A DNA stretch of 64,000 bases, from positions 62,001 through 126,000 of IMG/VR virus record IMGVR_UViG_3300034358_000008, one strand, 5' to 3'. The stretch's first letter is position 1. Each line of letters begins with the position of its first letter. The notes under the pieces are model-generated. The model did no database searches and had not been told where the DNA came from. It saw nothing but the letters and a program-made list of their open reading frames with translations. Positions 62,327 to 64,000 of this stretch are shown here, in pieces. A program made the position numbers and the translations under genes.

Positions 62327-63100
62327 ATGTCGCAACAGCAAAACTTCCCAGCACCAATCCTGAACATCTTCTCTGTAATGTCCAACTGGATGTTCGCAGA
62401 TCCTGTAGAAGGTTCTCAGAAGCGCCCTAACCTGCGCTTTGGTGTTTACGGTAACGTTCCACGGGTTACTGTTAAAACCAACGTTCAAGGTGATATGAAC
62501 AATGGCAAGATCGATTTCAACATGGACCTTGGTACTTTCGCAGTAGCTATGGCTTACCTGCGCAAGCTGACTGAAGGTGTGCCAGATACTCCAAACGAAC
62601 TCAAACTGATCTATCAAGATGACTTCGTTGCTGGTAAGAAGTTGGATCGAGTAATGACTCTGTCCACTCTGGTAATCGGTAAAGCTACTGATGGTCGTAT
62701 CTACATCGCTGTGCTGAGTTCCCAACAGTCGCGTCCACGCATTCGCTTCTTCTTCGGTCCTACCAAATACCATGCTATTCAAAATGGTGATGGTTCCATG
62801 CTGGGTGCTGATGCAATGTCCGTAGCTTACGCTAACGGTTTCGCTCGTACTGTTGAACCACTGATCTACAACCTGCTGACCGGTGCAAACTTCGACCCTA
62901 ATGCTAAGAACGTTGCTAACCCAGCCAACATGAATGGTGGTGCTGGCCCTGGTGGTAAGCCGGGTGGTGGCGGCTTCAACGGCGGTGGTCAAGGTGGCGG
63001 TCAACAACAGCAACGCCCTCGTCCACAAGGCGGCGGTAATACCGGTACAACTGCTAACTTCGACTCCTTTGATGCCGAGCTTCCAAGCTTCGACTTCTAA
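62327..63100 (+). CDS. ChmC-like nucleus-associated nucleic-acid-binding protein (phiKZ gp67-like)
   Basis: Folded N-domain plus G/N/Q-rich disordered tail ending acidic-Phe; immediately before the gp68-like gene. Confidence 0.6.
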   Translation: MSQQQNFPAPILNIFSVMSNWMFADPVEGSQKRPNLRFGVYGNVPRVTVKTNVQGDMNNGKIDFNMDLGTFAVAMAYLRKLTEGVPDTPNELKLIYQDDFVAGKKLDRVMTLSTLVIGKATDGRIYIAVLSSQQSRPRIRFFFGPTKYHAIQNGDGSMLGADAMSVAYANGFARTVEPLIYNLLTGANFDPNAKNVANPANMNGGAGPGGKPGGGGFNGGGQGGGQQQQRPRPQGGGNTGTTANFDSFDAELPSFDF

Positions 63101-63174
63101 GTCCCTTCTTTAACATACGGCGATCTTGAGTTTAACTCAGGGTTGCCATATGCCCTCCCGCTCGGTTCAGAGCC

Positions 63175-63209
63175 AATAGAAATTATTTCAGATTTATATC
63201 ATACAGGCG
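63175..63209 (+). promoter_or_regulatory. Early promoter
   Basis: AATAGAA-N13-TATATCAT. Confidence 0.75.
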
Positions 63210-63231
63210 TAGTACATATTAGAGGTTCTCT

Positions 63232-64000
63232 ATGAAATTCGCTGTAACCAATGTGCAGGGCAATGGGTTTACTCAGGTAAGTGTTACACATGGCGATATT
63301 GAATTGCTATGGAGTGCACGTGCGTACAGTAAGGTTAAACTTCAAGATCCTAATCGGGTCTTCCGGGAGTTGAATGGCTATCTAGAAAACGTTGATGCAC
63401 CTACGCAAGATCGGTTGTTCCACAGCTATGAAGAAATCCACAAGCTGTTCAAGATGGGCTTCGATCCTTCGATGCTCGTTAGCAGTTTGATTCACCACAT
63501 CGGTGAGATCTATAAACAGATCCCAATGAACCGTCTGCGACGTTGGTTGTTGACTATCGGTAACTTGCACATCCCTGCTGATATCCAGGATACCATCACG
63601 GAAGACTCCCGCTATAACAAGCGTGAGCAAACTTATCTGAAGTCCGACTACATCAACATCGCAACTGTAGCCCTAGCTCTCCAAGCTATGATTCCAGTAT
63701 GGGGTGAGTACATTGATCAGTGTACCGATCAAGAGTTGTATAAAGAGAACAACGTAATCGGGTTGGTCTCTGAAACAGAACTGGCCAACTGGCCAATGGG
63801 TGAAGTGGATATGTTGGGGGAAGAGATCCCAACTGTATTCGATAAGCTCGGTGGTTATGTGAAGTATTGCGTTGACGATGAACCATTGTCGTTGGCTCGT
63901 GCTTGGGCAGGTCTGAGTTCCACAGACATTCGTGTGCTACTGCAATCTAAAGTGTTGGTACGTCGTCTGACTATCATTCCACTGAACGATCCAACCAGCC
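63232..64000 (+). CDS. Non-virion RNAP specificity subunit (phiKZ gp68-like), partial
   Basis: Open to the window end (MKFAVTNVQGNG...TYLKSDY...PVWGEYI); GAGG RBS; synteny. Confidence 0.65.
   Translation, partial: MKFAVTNVQGNGFTQVSVTHGDIELLWSARAYSKVKLQDPNRVFRELNGYLENVDAPTQDRLFHSYEEIHKLFKMGFDPSMLVSSLIHHIGEIYKQIPMNRLRRWLLTIGNLHIPADIQDTITEDSRYNKREQTYLKSDYINIATVALALQAMIPVWGEYIDQCTDQELYKENNVIGLVSETELANWPMGEVDMLGEEIPTVFDKLGGYVKYCVDDEPLSLARAWAGLSSTDIRVLLQSKVLVRRLTIIPLNDPTS

Noticed and set aside
1-64000. CRISPR arrays, tRNAs, rRNAs
   Set aside because: No regularly spaced identical repeats or canonical tRNA cloverleaf with T-loop noticed by eye; a tRNAscan run was not possible.
1-64000. Alternative genetic code
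   Set aside because: Core genes translate full length with the standard code.

Overview
This 64-kb window comes from a nucleus-forming jumbo phage of the phiKZ-like (Chimalliviridae) type, probably infecting Pseudomonas. Core genes follow roughly the phiKZ gp25-gp68 order: terminase large subunit (partial), three virion proteins, tail sheath, tail tube, PhuZ tubulin, family-B DNA polymerase subunit, chimallin (ChmA), the non-virion RNAP beta' subunit with NADFDGD, an SbcD/Mre11 nuclease, a ChmC-like protein and a partial gp68-like RNAP subunit. phiKZ gene numbers come from recalled synteny, not from a search. Dense early-promoter operons of small accessory ORFs lie between the core genes. The most striking unexplained signal is a set of accessory 'mosaic' ORFs carrying short in-frame copies of signature motifs of essential phage proteins. 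Donors visible in this window are terminase Walker B, DNA polymerase motif B and the EVKGV segment, chimallin, and the tail-sheath N- and C-terminal segments. Donors recognised from family knowledge are DnaB helicase, ribonucleotide reductase, PolB motif A, RNAP beta and tail-fibre motifs. Several copies keep the amino acids but differ at synonymous positions. This suggests a possible decoy/mimic-peptide system for anti-defence or inter-phage interference. Other observations: an operon built from two interleaved paralog families, structured RNA-like elements on both sides of chmA, an AT-rich multi-palindrome region, and a bipartite early promoter with a fixed 13-nt spacer.
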